From Azolla caroliniana (lineage: Eukaryota > Plantae > Polypodiophyta): a stretch of 64,000 nucleotides of DNA. Numbering within the stretch: position 1 is the first letter of the stretch; each line of letters starts with the position of its first letter. The stretch covers positions 12,958,001 to 13,022,000 of the forward strand of contig JBHGNT010000003.1 in NCBI GenBank assembly GCA_043228905.1, read 5' to 3'. Made by a program: the position numbers and the translations under genes. The notes beneath the pieces were generated by a model. It was not told the DNA's origin, ran no database searches, and was given only the letters and a program-made list of their open reading frames with translations. Positions 1 through 13,884 of the stretch are shown here, in pieces.

Positions 1-2790
1 ACGTGCCCAATGGTGATCTTGTCTCTCAACACTCCCCCTCAAGCTCAACTTGAGGTTCCGTCTGCTTTTCTGGATCTTTGGTCCGGCCTCTCCTGGCCTC
101 ACACCTCGCTCGTGCTCCTCGACCCGTTCGATTCCGCACACTTCGACCCTTCCGGGTGGCTTGTCTGCTCATGCGGCCCTTCTCTGCTACCTTGTTGTCA
201 TGGTGTTGGCACCTCTTTTTCTGCTCTTTCCTCTGCTTGGCCCTCGGTCGATTCGTAATGTCCGAATTGAGCATTTCAATTAAATCAGACACTTCTGATT
301 CAATTCCACTTTTGCCTGAGTTGGTTGTCTCCAATTCGTCTTCTATCTTTAGGCCCTTGACAACATCAGACCACATCTTGGTCTTGGTCTTTATGCCCTT
401 CTTGGCTGTATTTCCCCTTTGTTCAGCTATCTTCGGGTCTTTCTTACGATTATGGCCCCTGTTTCCTTCTTCTTGGGCTTCTTCAGCCGGCCCGAAATCA
501 AATTCTTCATCCGATTCGGCATAGCGGTCACTACCAATCCTTTCACGCTCCTATTCCTATATCCCCCTCAAGTTCGGCGTGTCGAGATGACGCAAACCCA
601 GATCAACCGAGAAATGCCGTAACTTGTCGAGACCAAGGGGCTTGGTGAAGATGTCGGAAATCTGCCGACCCGTCGGAACATATGCCAGTTCGATCTCACC
701 AGAAAGGACACACTCGCGGACAAAGTGATAGTGCACCTCAATATGCTTGGTCCGGATGTGGAACACAGGGTTCTTCGCAAGGTGGATGCTGCTGAGGTTA
801 TTGCAATAGATCATCGTTGGATCAGACACCTCTACGTGCAGATCCCGTAATAGCCGTTTTCGCCCCTCGATATTCGGCCTCTATGCTCGACAATGCTACT
901 ATCGGCCGTTTCTTACTGCTCCACGTGATTGCCGCACTTCCCAATGAGAATGCAAATCCGAACGTGGATCTACGATCATGGGCATTTCTAGCCCAATCGG
1001 CATCCGTGTAGCCGACTAACTGTTCGGCTATGTCTGCGCGATACAACAATGCCATGTCTTTCATACCGCTGACATATCATAATATTCTTTGCACGCATTG
1101 AAGGTGTTTGGTCGTGGGCTGCAACATAAATTGACTGATCATTCCGACCGGATAGTTGAGGTCCGACCGAGTGATCGTCAATTGGATGAGGCTTCCGACA
1201 ATCTGTCAAAACCGTGTCGGTTCGTATGCCTTTGCCGAATCTCAACAAAGCTTTACATTTCTATCCAGAGGGCTCGAGATGGGCTTACAATTTGTCATTC
1301 CGAACTTAGAGCATATTCAGTGCGTAGTGACGTTGACTGATCACTTCGATCCCGAGGAAGTAATGAAGATCGCCAAGATCCTTCATTTTGAACGATGCCG
1401 CAAGCTAAGACTTTACATAGAGGATTTCTTCCAGGTTGGCACCGGCGATGACTAAATTATCAACATAAAGTAAAAGACAAACCTGTCCATGCGGACCTTA
1501 TCGAACGAATAACGAAGAGTCCGATTTAGATGTTGTAAACCCCATTCTACACAACCATTGCATAATCTTGGCATTGCAAGCTCGCGGGGCTTGCTTAAGT
1601 CCGTATAACGCCTTCTTTAGTCGATAGAATGCCGAAGTGTTCTGTTCAGATGGAAATCCGGGGGGTTGTACCATGTACACATGTTCCTCAAGATCACCTT
1701 GCAGGAAGGCATTCTTTACATCCATCTGATGTAGATGGCACCCCTTCGCCACATCTGCGGCAAGTAGAACTCGCACGGTAGTCATCTTCACGATTGGGGC
1801 GAAGGTTTCGTCGTAATCTACGCCGTGATTCTGCGCGTAGCCTAGCAACCAAATGGGCCTTACATCGGCTGACGGAGCCGTCGGTGTTGTATTTCACCTT
1901 ATACACCCATCTACATCCGATCAGCTTTACACCCTTCGGTACATCAACCAGGTCCCAAGTCTCATTGTCCGTTAAAGTGCACATCTCTTCCTCCATCGTG
2001 GCACGCCAATTTGCGTCTTTCATTGCTTCTGCGTAGCTCTTCGGCTCACACTCTTTTGGCACTCACGTCGTGTACGCATAATGATGCGCCATATACACAT
2101 TATACCCGTACCTCTTTACGAGGTTTGTCAAGTGGGTAGATCGGCGTAATTCGTAATTACCTGATTGCACAGCCTTTTTGGCCAATTCCGACCTCTTCCA
2201 TGGAGGTTCCTTCTGGATCAGCCCGAAATCAGATTCACTCCGATCTGACTTGGCAATGCGAAAATCGTACTCCGACATTTTCTTCTGCCCTTTTTCTTTA
2301 CGCGTAAACCGTCTCCTCAGTTTTCTACACGGGGATAACAAGGTCGAGTCCCCACTACTTGCCGGCTCTTCATTTGGTTGACCATCTCAGCCCAACCCCT
2401 GATTCGGTCCACTTAGCCGAAATGAGATCAGATTCTCTATCAGAGCTTTGATATCCTCATCACACAGAGGCATCTCAGCCTCGTTGACCTCTTCTTCAGA
2501 ATTCGGAATGGAATCACGAGTATTGGAGGTGGAGACAAGTACCACGAAGCGGACTCGTCGCACATGACTCGTTATAGCACTTATACCCCTTTTGTCCGTC
2601 TGAATAGCCGACCAAGATACACTTCTCGGCTTTGGCATCCAACTTCCTCCTCTTCTCCTTCGACACATGCACATACATAATGCTGCCGAAAATCCTCAAG
2701 TGTGCCAAGTTCGGCTTCTTACCGTAATACAACTCATGTGGCGACACTCTTCCATTAGCAAAGGTCTGATTCTGTAAGTAAACAGTCGTC
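1..2790 (-). mobile_element. Ty1/Copia LTR retrotransposon, 3' part (INT C-terminus, RT, RNase H, PPT, start of 3' LTR at 31 running off the window)
   Basis: ORF fragments SPHELYYGKKPNLAHLRIFG (INT), GCRWVYKVKYNTDGSV and HQMDVKNAFLQGDLEE (RT), GYTDADWA and KHIEVHYHFVRE (RNase H). On the minus strand, PPT GAGGGGGAG (32-40) abuts TGTTGAGA. Confidence 0.93.
557..2790 (-). pseudogene. pol: Copia pol, frameshifted and interrupted
   Basis: Domains are split over ORFs 557-829, 822-1064, 1498-1848, 1694-2062, 2063-2341, 2514-2747. Confidence 0.9.
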
Positions 2791-5700
2791 CTTGGGTATG
2801 GCCAACCATGATCCGTCTAGCTCCGCAAGGTGGTAGGTCGCATGTTGTTTGCACTCGTCACTAGATCTTGTCTGAACCACCTTCTTGCGCACTTTCTTGT
2901 TGTCCTGTGTTGATTGTCAAGGCTGCTGTCGTAGACCAATACCCAATCTCCTTCTTCGATTTTCATGGGACGCAGTCGATGTATCTTGTCGAACCGAATC
3001 TTGTTCTTCATTAGGGCTATCTCCATTATCTTTCGCGCAATTTCTAGATCTTCAGGTCTTCTTTCGAGCTGCCTTATTCGTGCCGCTAGTATTTTTTCTC
3101 AGTTCATCTCGCTCTCCCATGATATCGCTACCCAAGAGGTGATCGTCTTTTCGATGGCCATTACCGGTTTCTGCCCATACATAAGGTCTATTGGCATATA
3201 CCCTATCACAAAACTATGCATAGTTCTATCGGTCCACAAGGCATAGGGCAATAGTCACAGCTAGTTCCTGACTCGACTGTCACATGCTTGTATGATGGGT
3301 TTGACTATTGTTCCATGCCCTCACTCAATCTTCACATTTGCTTCCAGATTGTAGGAAGCCGTGAGGGAGAGCTTCACGCCTAGTCGCTCAATGAGCTCCA
3401 TTGCTTCGCATGCGTCCAACTACCCTCGGTCAACCGCTATCTTTCCTACACATCCATATCGGCAGACGACCTCTTCGAGTAGAAATTTGCAAACGGCTGA
3501 CATCGTCTTATTTGCCAAGGCTCGTTCTTATACCTGATTTCTTAGGTCTTCTCTTGCCAATACCAAGTAATTCATCTATCCCACTCCCATTGGCATCGAG
3601 ACCAGATCCACCATCCATTTGAAGTGTATTGTGAGTGGGTATGTCGGTCGTAACTCATCACAACGACGTATGTTCGAATGTACTTGGTAGTTTTTGCATG
3701 TGGACACGAAAAATGAAGTACATCTTTATACGTGCTCAGCCACCAATACTTCTCCTTCAGCTTTTCAAATGTCCCCTATGTTCCTCTATGAACTCCCCAA
3801 GGACTCTCGTGGAATTCAGACATTAGCTTTGTTTTGTCCTCTCTCTTCACCAATACTCGACATGGCATTCCTGTCCTTCTCTTTGGTTGCCGTGAGAGGA
3901 ATCCTCCCTTGCGAAAGTCTTCAAAAGCTTTCTTCCGGATTCGTAGAGCCTCCTCCTTAGTCCACGAAGCATCTGCCATCATTGTTCTCAAGAACCTGCG
4001 GACCAGTAACCACTGTCCCTCGTACTCGTTCTCGTTGAAGGTATGGAGGTTTGGCGTGTCATTGTCTTCTGCCGACAGTCAGGCCAAAAAATTGAGGGTG
4101 ACGTCTTCATCTTCCGAAACCATCTCACTTTAATTCTCGAATCTTGCTCTTGAAAGCATGTTAGCCATGGCGTTGTTCTTTCTTGCAATGTGGCTGATTT
4201 CTAGGTTCAAAGACTTGATATAGGTGATCCACCTTAGCATAGCCAGATCTGGTGTCGCACATCCTTAGATCATCCCAATATTTGGTAAACAATCCATCTC
4301 AATTATCACTTTGAATCCGATCAGGTAGTGTTTTTTTATCTTCACCGTAGACACAATACCCCAAAGTTCCCGTTTGACTTGGCATATCCTTGTTGTCGTT
4401 CACTAAGGACCTTTGCTCTGATCCGGATGGCATACCGTGCACTATCTTCTCCTTCTTGGTTGATGACCCACCCAATTCCGGTTGGGCTTGTATCCATAGT
4501 CACATAAATCTCCTTTCCTTTAGTATAGTCAACCTTTCTTAGCTCTATAGCTCTTCGCATCACGTTTGTATGCTCCTCTAGCCATTCGAACTTCTTTCTT
4601 TTCTTTAGCAATCTATATTATGGCTCGGCGACATGAGCGTAGTGTAGAATCTCGATATGATAAAAGGCACACACTCCCATTCTTCTCGCATCTCTTGAAT
4701 AACTTTCACCTTCTCAGGAGAGCGTTTCCGTATGTATGGTCTGCAAAGATGTCCGACTACTAGGACCTCACGTTGGCTGAATGCCGACTTTTCTCCGGAG
4801 AATGTGAGCCCGGCTCCTTCTAGTCTTTGTAGCACTCTCTCACAGTATTTAATATGTTTTGAAACAAATCTTCGACATCCATCTTGATCTAAAGACTCGT
4901 CCTTTTCTGATTGAGGGCACCCTTTTATAGGGATGTCATCGAGGAAAGGCATCGTAATATCTGGGATGCAGTCTCTTAGAACTTTATTCGTGGCATTTAC
5001 CATGTGTGCTAAAGAGTTGGTTGCACCTTGAGGTAAGGTGCACATCCGTACCAATCCAATCAGAGTCCTCATTGTTGTGATGTCTCTACTATCGACTACT
5101 AGTTGAAACTGAACATAAGCGGAGTAGAAATCACCAATAGAGTAAATGGACCTTCCCACAAATGCTTCTGCGAACTCATCAATACTTGGACCGATCCCGA
5201 CATTGCGTATCGTTACTTTATTGACTGGTTGAAGATCTTGTATGAACCTTAAGGTTCCATTCTTCTTTGGTACAGTGAACCACCTATTTGAGTCAGGAGC
5301 ATTCGACGACTCTAGAATTGCCATCTCGACCTTCTCTTTCAAGAGCTTGATTAGCTTCGGAATGTGTGGTCTTGCTACCAGTATCGGCTTCAAGTTCCAC
5401 GACACATGTGGTATTGTGAATATCACCATCGGTTCTATTATCTTTGGATCGGCGCATCCGATTTCATTTGGATAGAAAGCAAATGCTTTCCCATGTCTTT
5501 CGAGCATTTCCCGAGGTGCAACTTCCGCTTCTGGCAATGGTGTCGTTAAATGAGGTTTCCTCCATTACCCATTCGATGCTTTCATCTCTTTCCAATAATT
5601 TTTCTTCTCTTAAGGTTTCCTCGAAGCTTTGCATTGGAGACTTCTCTTCTTTGTCAAACGTGCTGATTTTGCACACTCCATTAGGGGCGGGCCTACTACG

Positions 5701-6560
5701 CACAACCCTCCGTTTCACAAATTCGCGAACTTTTCTTTCTTCTTGTGGCATACGCTTGTTTGGACTATTCACGCCCCGCTCACAAATAGCCCGCCCTAAA
5801 AATTTAAAACATCTTCCTGAGACAATCCCAATTCCTTTCGTGGTTGGCATGTATAGTCAAGAACTGCACAGGCTTCTTCCCATCAAGACTCCTTACTTGA
5901 GAAAATGGCGCACCATTGTCGAACACTTTGGTTATACGGGACGAAGTTATGTATGCTTGCCCAAGAATGATAGGATGGGATGCCGAATCTTGAACATAAA
6001 AATGTTGATCTATCTCATCATCGCCAATCATGATGGGGATATTAGGACGTGCCCCATACAAGACTTCGGTAGCTTTCGTTGTTGCACAAATCTTCCACCC
6101 ATGATTCATATTTATGGGCCATCTTCCCTTTTTGTAGACCTCACTCATCAAAAGGTTGATCTCGGACCCATGGTCTATTAAGGCTACGACCGTCTCTTTT
6201 CTCTCTCCCAACTCTATTAGCATCTCCATCGTAGCTCGTGCCTAATGAGGCCGAATATAGTGGCCATCCACCATATCTTCATCGACTTCGTCCCTTGCCA
6301 TCATTATGGCGTTCACTCTTGCTTTTAGTGGCTTCTCTTCTTCCTCATCCGATTGTTACCTTTTTCTCTTTACGAGGTCCACAATCGTATCATGGAACTC
6401 CTTCGTAATGCCAAAAAATTCCCCCAAGGACACGTTCCTCGAGAATCTTCTACAAGTCTATCGTCCGCTCTATGTCCGACCTTAGTTTATAGGTAGGCAT
6501 AGTTCTCGTCTTCCGAATGGGTTCTTTGACATCAACCCTCATGGGCCGAACCGTTTCTTC
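2791..6560 (-). mobile_element. Ty3/Gypsy internal fragment (PR, RT, RNase H, INT), no LTRs; same lineage as 7147-20574
   Basis: Protease ALIDHGSEIN (5804-6229), RT PQGATNS...PFLDDIPIKG (4605-5537), INT HESPWGVHRGT and GDWVLVYDSSL. Fused directly to Copia INT at about 2791. Confidence 0.9.
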
Positions 6561-6729
6561 AACTCCCCTTTCTGGCTTGAGTCTCCATCCTCCGTTTGTA
6601 AAGCTTGACTTGCTTCTACATCTTCTTTCTTTTTTGTACTCCTTATTTCATGTCTTTTTTATGGGATATCTTGCCCTTCCATCACTGGCGTTGAATTCCT
6701 TGGAAGGGACCAAGGAGGTTACAAGTATT

Positions 6730-6914
6730 TGTACTGTGAGATGAAGTACATGCATTAGAAAATTCTAGAACCCTCTAGAACTTGGAATAGATAATCTATT
6801 GACGATGTATTTGGATGTGTTGGTTAGAACATAACACTTGGCTATTATACAAGTGGTCAAGAATTCGAATCTTGGCAAAATTGTTGTCATGTCCGTGACA
6901 TTATCCTCCCCTTT
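6730..6914 (-). mobile_element. Probable 3' LTR start (edge at 6900) with PPT; left boundary uncertain
   Basis: Minus strand reads AAAGGGGAGGATAA|TGTCACGGACATGACA, and the region carries TCTAGA repeats like the LTR at 21367. Confidence 0.5.
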
Positions 6915-7007
6915 ATGACCGTCTTTTCGAAAGCGTCATGGTGCAAGGTTGAGTTGAAGTACGTAACCAAAATGGATAGATGACTCAGCGAGTCGTCAAT
7001 AGAAATA

Positions 7008-7146
7008 ATAACACGAATGAATATGTGTGGTCCTCACTGGAGACTGTAACATCAACGGGCGTGAATGACCATGTGTGGTCCTCATCGGGAACACAAACGG
7101 GCATGGGCGACCATGTGGTCCTCACTAGGAACTGGAACATGAACGT
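7008..7146. repeat. Degenerate ~40-45 bp tandem repeat (core GACCATGTGTGGTCCTCA), 3 units; fourth unit at 20575-20617
   Basis: Repeated GTGGTCCTCA...GGAAC cores. The array continues on the far side of the 7147-20574 insertion. Confidence 0.75.
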
Positions 7147-8093
7147 TGTCACGAAGATTGTGGTTGTGTGTCGCAACCGCCGGGGTTCTGTGACTCGGGG
7201 ATGATCGGGGTGAAAACGCATAATCGCAAATGGTACGATGACAAGAAGCCGAGAAGGCAAGATAAATGCGACGTTGTCGCGAAAAGAATTTTACTTGTAA
7301 AACAACCACTTACAATATTTATTTGCCAAAAGTTACTTGACAAGACTTGAACTCACAAACTCTATTTGAGAAGAAGCGTTTGAGATAGACCACTTCAATC
7401 TCTCTGGTTTCTATTTATTTGTCTTTCTCTTTCACTTTATATATACTAAATTTATATTACAAAATTTGATTACCAAAAGAAGTTATTTGAAGAGGATTCA
7501 AACTCACGACCTTTTGTTTACAAAGAGGCATTTGAGATACACCACTTTAACTTCTTCCTTTTCTTGTATCCCCTTTCTTTTCTTCAACTCTTGTCTTGAT
7601 TTATGCAGGCCACCATCTTCTTTCGCGAGCTCTGCATCCCATACCCACGCGAGCTTCTTCACTCGCTTTTCCTTCTCTTCCTTCTCCTTCTCTTCCTCTC
7701 CCCCCTTTAGCCACCATAGGCATGGCTTATATAGGGCACGGTCAACCGCCCTCTTGAGGTGGTTGACAAACCGCCTCATGCAAGGCGGTTGTATTTTTAT
7801 TTTTATTTTTATTTTATTTTCTTTATTTATTGATGCTACAATTCAATTTTCTAGTTCTATATTTAAGAAATTATAGAAATAGCCCTTATTTAATTTTGAC
7901 TCCCCCTTTTGACATAATTACATTTTTGTCCCAAGTAACATTAATCCTTCCGAAGCTTGTATCTTGGGCTTCTGAACTCCGATTCACGAACCGAAAATTC
8001 CTTCATGCTCCTTGTCATAAGCTCCAAATGGGAAATGTACTTCTATAGATTTTTGACATTGTTTTCACATCGTGAAGTGTCAACTTCACGACA
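7147..8093 (-). repeat. 3' LTR of Gypsy element
   Basis: Matches 14160-14408 plus 19891-20574. Confidence 0.9.
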
Positions 8094-8129
8094 CCCACCC
8101 CCTCTGAACTTCCACACCTATGGGCGAGT

Positions 8130-9155
8130 TCACACCACTTCATTTTGATCCTCTTCGAAAAATTCTTCATCCTCATTTTCTATGAGACTAGGTTTGGTGT
8201 CTTCTCTTCTTTTAAAAATCTTTATTCTTTTTCCTGCAATCGGTGTCTGGATCTCAGTCCCATCCAACTCATTTAGGTAGTAGGTAGCCTTATCAGTCAC
8301 CTTCCGTACTTCGTAAGGCCCAAACCACCGTTTTGCGAACTTCCTCATTGTACTGTACTTGTTCTCGAGGCTACTATCCAGTACCAACACCCAGTCTCCT
8401 GCTTGAATCTTTCGTGGTCTTAATCTATTTACTTTGTCAAATCCTGCTTTGTTCTTTATCCGAGCTTCCTTCAATTTCTTAGTATCCTTTTCTACATCTT
8501 CTACTTGACATTGTAGTTGTCGGATACGAACTGCTAGCAAGTCTTCTCTACTCATCTCTGACTCCCATGGTAGCATTGCCCATGTAGCAATCTTCACTTC
8601 AATCGGCATCATCGGCCTTTGTCCTTTCATGAGCTCTATCGGCATATATCCTGTCACCGAGCTGTGTGTGGTCCTATCCGCCCACAATGCATATGGCAAG
8701 ACCTTTGGCCAATTACCTACTTTGCCTTTATATGCTTTTGCAAGTGCTTTAACTATCGGGCTATGACCTCTTTCTATCTTTCCATTTGCCTCAGGATTAT
8801 ATGATGTGGTCAATGATAACCGAATTCCAATTCTATCAAAGGAGTCTCTTGCTTCATCAGAATTGAGCTCACCTCTATCTGCCACTATCTTCCCTATACA
8901 CCCATACCTACATATTATATCCTCTAATATGAATTGACATACTGCCGATGTGGTCTTCGATCTTAGTGCTCTTCCTTCAACTTGATTTGTAAGGTCTTCT
9001 CTAGCGAGTACCAAGAACTTCTTTTGACTTGCCCCCATTGGCATTGCCACTATATCAACCATCCACTTGTAATGTATGTTTGGCGAATAGGTTGGGTGCA
9101 ACTCATCTCTATGCTTAATGTTGGAGTAGATTTGACAGGTTGGGCATGTCTCCAC
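8130..9155 (-). pseudogene. pol: Gypsy integrase (341-aa open segment of disrupted pol)
   Basis: CPTCQ zinc motif, WMVDIV, IVADRGE, YNPEANGKIERGH, WFGPY. Confidence 0.92.
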
Positions 9156-9272
9156 ATACCTCTTGATTTCGTTGTAGAATCCTGGCCACCAAAATCTTTC
9201 CTTTATTTTACTAAATGTTGCCCAGACTCCACGGTGTCCAACCCACTCCCTATCATGTAATTCCTTTAATAT

Positions 9273-12200
9273 CTACTCCCGTTGCACTTGGTCACAGATA
9301 ACCTGTTGTGGATTTCCCATTTTATACTTTGGGTGCTTCCAAAGGTAACCTTGGTGCAAGAAAAATCGGTGTGCCTTCTTTCGGAAATTTGAGAAGTTTC
9401 TCCCACTCCAAGTTCCTTCCTTCCATGGTGCTTGTAGATACTTCCCGATTTCCTTAAACTCTTCATTATACTCTTCTTCTTTAAACTCATGTTCTTCATG
9501 TGGTTCACCCCCTCTAATTGCATTTATGACCAAAGCCGATTCTTCTTCGTCGCTATCTGATTCTGCCACTTCTTCTTTTTCATATTTTGCTCTAGATAAC
9601 ATATCAGCCATTCCATTCTTCTCACCAGATATATGTCGAACATCTGGGTTGATGGTTTTGATGTAGATACACCACCTAAGCATTGCTTGGTCTGAAATAT
9701 TGCAATTTGCAATAATCCCCAGAATTGGCAAGCAACCTGTCTCCACAATCACCTCAGCACCAACTAGATAGTCCCTATCCGTCTTGATAGCAATGATTAT
9801 CCCCCAGAGCTCTCTTCACTTGCGCATACTTTCGTTGACGCCCGCTAAGTACCTTCGCACCAAATCAAATCGGATGTCGTTCTCCTTCCTCATCTTGTTG
9901 GCTTATTACCCACCTGATTCCAATCGGACTTGAGTCAACTGTGAGGATTATTGGTTGGGTGTAGTCAAGTTGTTTCAATGCAGGAGCTTTAGCCAGATTC
10001 TCCTTCAGTCTTTTAATTGCATTTGAGTGTTCTTCTGTCCACTCAAATGCTTCCCCTTTTCTTAATAGCCGATACAATGGATCTGATATGTGGGCATAAT
10101 GTGGAATCCACCTGCAATAGAAGACACATGCACCCAAGAACCTCCGAACTTCAGATACAGAGTTGCATTCTTCTTTCATATTCTGTATTGCGTTGATCTT
10201 TGTTGGTGATGGCTTTCTTCTGTATGGCCCACACATATGTCCTACCACTAGTACTTCTTGAACCCCGAATATTGATTTTGGAGCCGAAAGTGTTAGGTGT
10301 ACCTCCTCTAGTCTTGAAAGCACTTTATCACAATCTTCTATGTGATCCCTGACAAACTTCCGACATCCACTACTATCCAATTCTTCATTCTTCATTCTTT
10401 CCTCGCATCCTTTAATGGGTATATCATCCAAGAAAGGCATGGTTATGTGAGGAATAAAATCTCGGAGAACTTTGTGCATACCATTCATCATGTGAGCGAC
10501 CGAGTTGGTCGCACCTTGAGGTAGGGTACACATTCGAAGTAATCCAATAGGAGTCCTAATGGAGGTGATATCCCGACTACCAACTGCAAGCTGGAACTGG
10601 TCATAGCCGGAGTAGAGATCACCCATAGAGTAGATCGCTCTTCCAGCGAACATCTTTGCAAACTCATCTACTATCGGCCCTACTCCTGAATTCCAGATAG
10701 TAACTTGATTCATTGGTTGCATGTCTTGAATGAATCAAAGCTGCCCATCCTTCTTTTGCACCATAAACCATCTACTCGAGTATGGAGCGTTTGATGGTTC
10801 CAAGATGCCCATGTCCATTTTCTCTTTTAGAAGGTCAATTAATTGCGGTATCCTTGCTGTTGGCACTAGGATTGGCTTCAGATTCCACGAAATGTGTGGG
10901 ATCGTGAAGATGACCATTGGTTCAACTACTTTCGGATTCACACATCCAATTTCTTCAGGGTTGAAGGAGAATGATTTCCCATGCTGCCCTAGCATTTTTC
11001 TGAATTCTACTTCTTCTATAGGTGTTAGGAAGTCCTCCCCTCAAATTCTTAGTTCTTTAATTGTTTCTTCCATGAACTTGTGCTCAATTCTCTTTGGATC
11101 CCAAAGAATTGGCTCGGTCGACACCTCTTTCATTATCTTTTCACTGTCTTCTGGAAGTGGTGTTGCAGCTTGCCGGACCTTCTTCTCCACCATTTTGTAC
11201 TTGGTGTTTATTCGAGCTTCTTCATTTTGAACATACTCCTTGATGGTTTTGAATAGCTTGATGGAATTTACCACAACTTGAACTTCATCATCTTCCGTCA
11301 TTAGAGACTCCAACTCTCCTATTGTATCTTTAAAACAATATTCTTCAAATATATTCACTAATTTTTCTTCTGAATCTATCATACCTCCACGTTGTAATTC
11401 TTTTTCTATTTTTTGGAATTTCTTTCCTTTGAAATCTTCTATTATAGTTGCACCATCTACCGACGCAACATATAATTTACCGTTATCTTCAATGCTATGA
11501 ATGGGGCTTCTTACCTCCCTCAAGCCATCACAACCCCTTGTTGTAAGGGCCCGTTCTAGAAATCCTATACGAAATCCCCCACATCTCGTAGTGGATGATC
11601 TCGTAGATTCTCCTTATTCCTCTCATGATTTGGTCGAACAGTAAGGAACTATACCAACCTCTTCCCATCCTGGCTTCAAATCCTAGCAAACGCCGCTCCA
11701 TTATCAATCACTTTAGTCTCCATCCGCATTGCTGTGATGTACAGTTGCCCTAGGATTACTGGATAAAAGGACTTCTCTTGGACGAAGAAGTTTTGATCTA
11801 CTGACACGTCCCCAATTGTAACTTTAATATTTGGGCATGCGCCACATAAATCCCGCACGACCTTAGTCGCTGCTCTCACCTTCCAACCGTGGTTCCTTTC
11901 TATTGGCCATCTCCCGTGATTGTAAAAATCAGACGATATGATATTTATCTCGGAGCCATGGTCAATGAGTGCCACGCATGGTTCCATCTGATCTCCAATT
12001 TTGATTGGAGCCTCGGTTGTCGCCCGAGCCCAATGTGTGCGGGTGTAATGGCTTCGTTCCTCTTCATGACTACATTGTGTGTCAGCACTCCGTACCCCAG
12101 CTAACAATGTCATCTCCATATCTTCATCTTCCTCCCGTATCATGACGGTATTTACTCCACCCGTTTCTTCAACCACTTGTCTTTTCCTCCGAATCACATC

Positions 12201-12500
12201 AATGATTACTTCTTGAAATTCCTTCTTCGCGATCCCTAGTACTTCTCGGAGTGTTAACTCAACTTTACTATCGAGAATCCTTGATTCTAGCACATGCTTT
12301 AGGTCGGTGGATGTTTTGATGTCGGAGGCGAGTTTGAATGACGGGGCTATCTTTTTCTTACCTTTGTCTTTTTTCATCGCCTCCGCAACAACTCTTTCAG
12401 TTTCTCGTCTCTTTTGTTCTCGGGTCTCGGGTTTTCTAGAAGGTCCCGCTTCTTCAGTTCTCCTTCGTTTTTCTTCGACTGTCACCTCTTGAGTATTCAC
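9273..12500 (-). pseudogene. pol: Gypsy protease, RT and RNase H, disrupted
   Basis: ALIDHGSEIN (11676-12500), PFLDDIPIKG (9865-10722), RNase H LTVDSSPIG and NGMADMLSR. Confidence 0.92.
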
Positions 12501-12510
12501 CCCTACTATC

Positions 12511-13860
12511 TTAGGTGATCGCAGTGAGTGAATCTACTGGGTCATTCCACCCAGTACTACTTCTTAACTCATCACCAGCCTTTCGTAAGTCCTGTAGCTG
12601 GACTCTTTTGTCAGTAGCAGACTTTATCACTTTTCCCCAAAATCCTGATTCAATCTGGGGATCATCGACCTTCAATCCGGAAGTAGTCGAAAAGTACATT
12701 GCTTGAACATTCTTCGAATCTTCGTCCTCCATCACTTTCTTCATTCCACCTTTGCCGAAGTTGGTTTTTAGGGGTTGTCGGGTCTCCGAGGAGTGGATTC
12801 TCCCATTTTGATAGAAGATAATGTTGCTTTCTAACGCTTCCTTATGGCTCTGACAATCCCTTTTTTGGTGCTCCGTGCTATCGCACCATATGCATCGACG
12901 GATGAATTCACCCTTTTCTCCTTCATTGGGCTTTTGTCGAACACCCGAGCTTTCACCCTTCTCAAGCTTTGTGAACTTGAGTTGTAGATCCCACATTCCC
13001 TTTATCAAATCATCAATCGTGGACTCGGGCTCCTTTCCTTTGCCAACATCCGTTCGGGTTCCTGATTCTTGTTTTGGATGTTCTCTGGCTGTTGTCTTTA
13101 TTCTATTGTCATAGCCATCCTCCATCCTTAGTGCCCTCCTTCTTATTACTCGACAAGCCTCGAGTACTTGCGCCCAATCAGACACCAAACCGGTTGTGCT
13201 TGTCCGGTCTTCAAGAAGGATGGTCATATCTTTTCTAAAAGATTTATCTGCCGCTCAGACGAATAAATCCACCTTCTCTGATTGTAGTAGTTATCAGTCT
13301 CTTACCGATAGCTCATTATATCTTTTCTAAAACTCTCTTAGCAATTCTGAAATTGAGAGTCCTTTACCCCCTTTCTCGGTCCATTCGAGAAAGCTCTTCT
13401 TTGACATTCGGGTCCGATCGTCTAGCATGTATTCATCAAGCAATGGTTGACGGAACCCGGCCCAATCTTCACGAAATCTCTCCGATAATTCCGTTACCCT
13501 TGCTCGGACATCAAGTATGCATATCCGATTGATGTGCGAGACCATTTGTTCTCCGGTTGCCCCCCTACTGGCCATCTCGTATTCGTAGACCTCAAGGAAC
13601 CGAGTGACGTCCTCGCCATTAAATTTGCTTATCCTCTCGATGACCGTTTGTACGGCGAGTGTTAACTCACTTTCCATCCGGTTCATTGCACTTCGCTCTT
13701 GAAGCATCCGATTCATCATCGTCATCATGAAACTTTCCATCTCTTCATTGAAGCCCTTATTGGCCATCTCTGTGTTGGCACCTTTATCCGTCATTTTCTT
13801 TGATTTTTCAACCTTCTCATTGTAAAACTTTAACTCTGAAACTCCCCTTGTCAACGACAC
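12511..13860 (-). pseudogene. gag: Gypsy gag, split
   Basis: FNGEDVTRFL N-terminus and CIWCDSTEHQKRDC zinc knuckle, directly downstream of the PBS. Confidence 0.85.
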
Positions 13861-13878
13861 TTCACGTCGGGTTCACCA
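13861..13878 (-). promoter_or_regulatory. Primer-binding site complementary to tRNA-Trp(CCA)
   Basis: The plus strand TTCACGTCGGGTTCACCA equals the recalled 3' end of plant cytosolic tRNA-Trp. Confidence 0.85.
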
Positions 13879-13884
13879 AATTTG

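Noticed and set aside
13861-13878. tRNA gene
   Set aside because: Only the 18-nt 3' end including CCA is present, next to an LTR, so it is a PBS.
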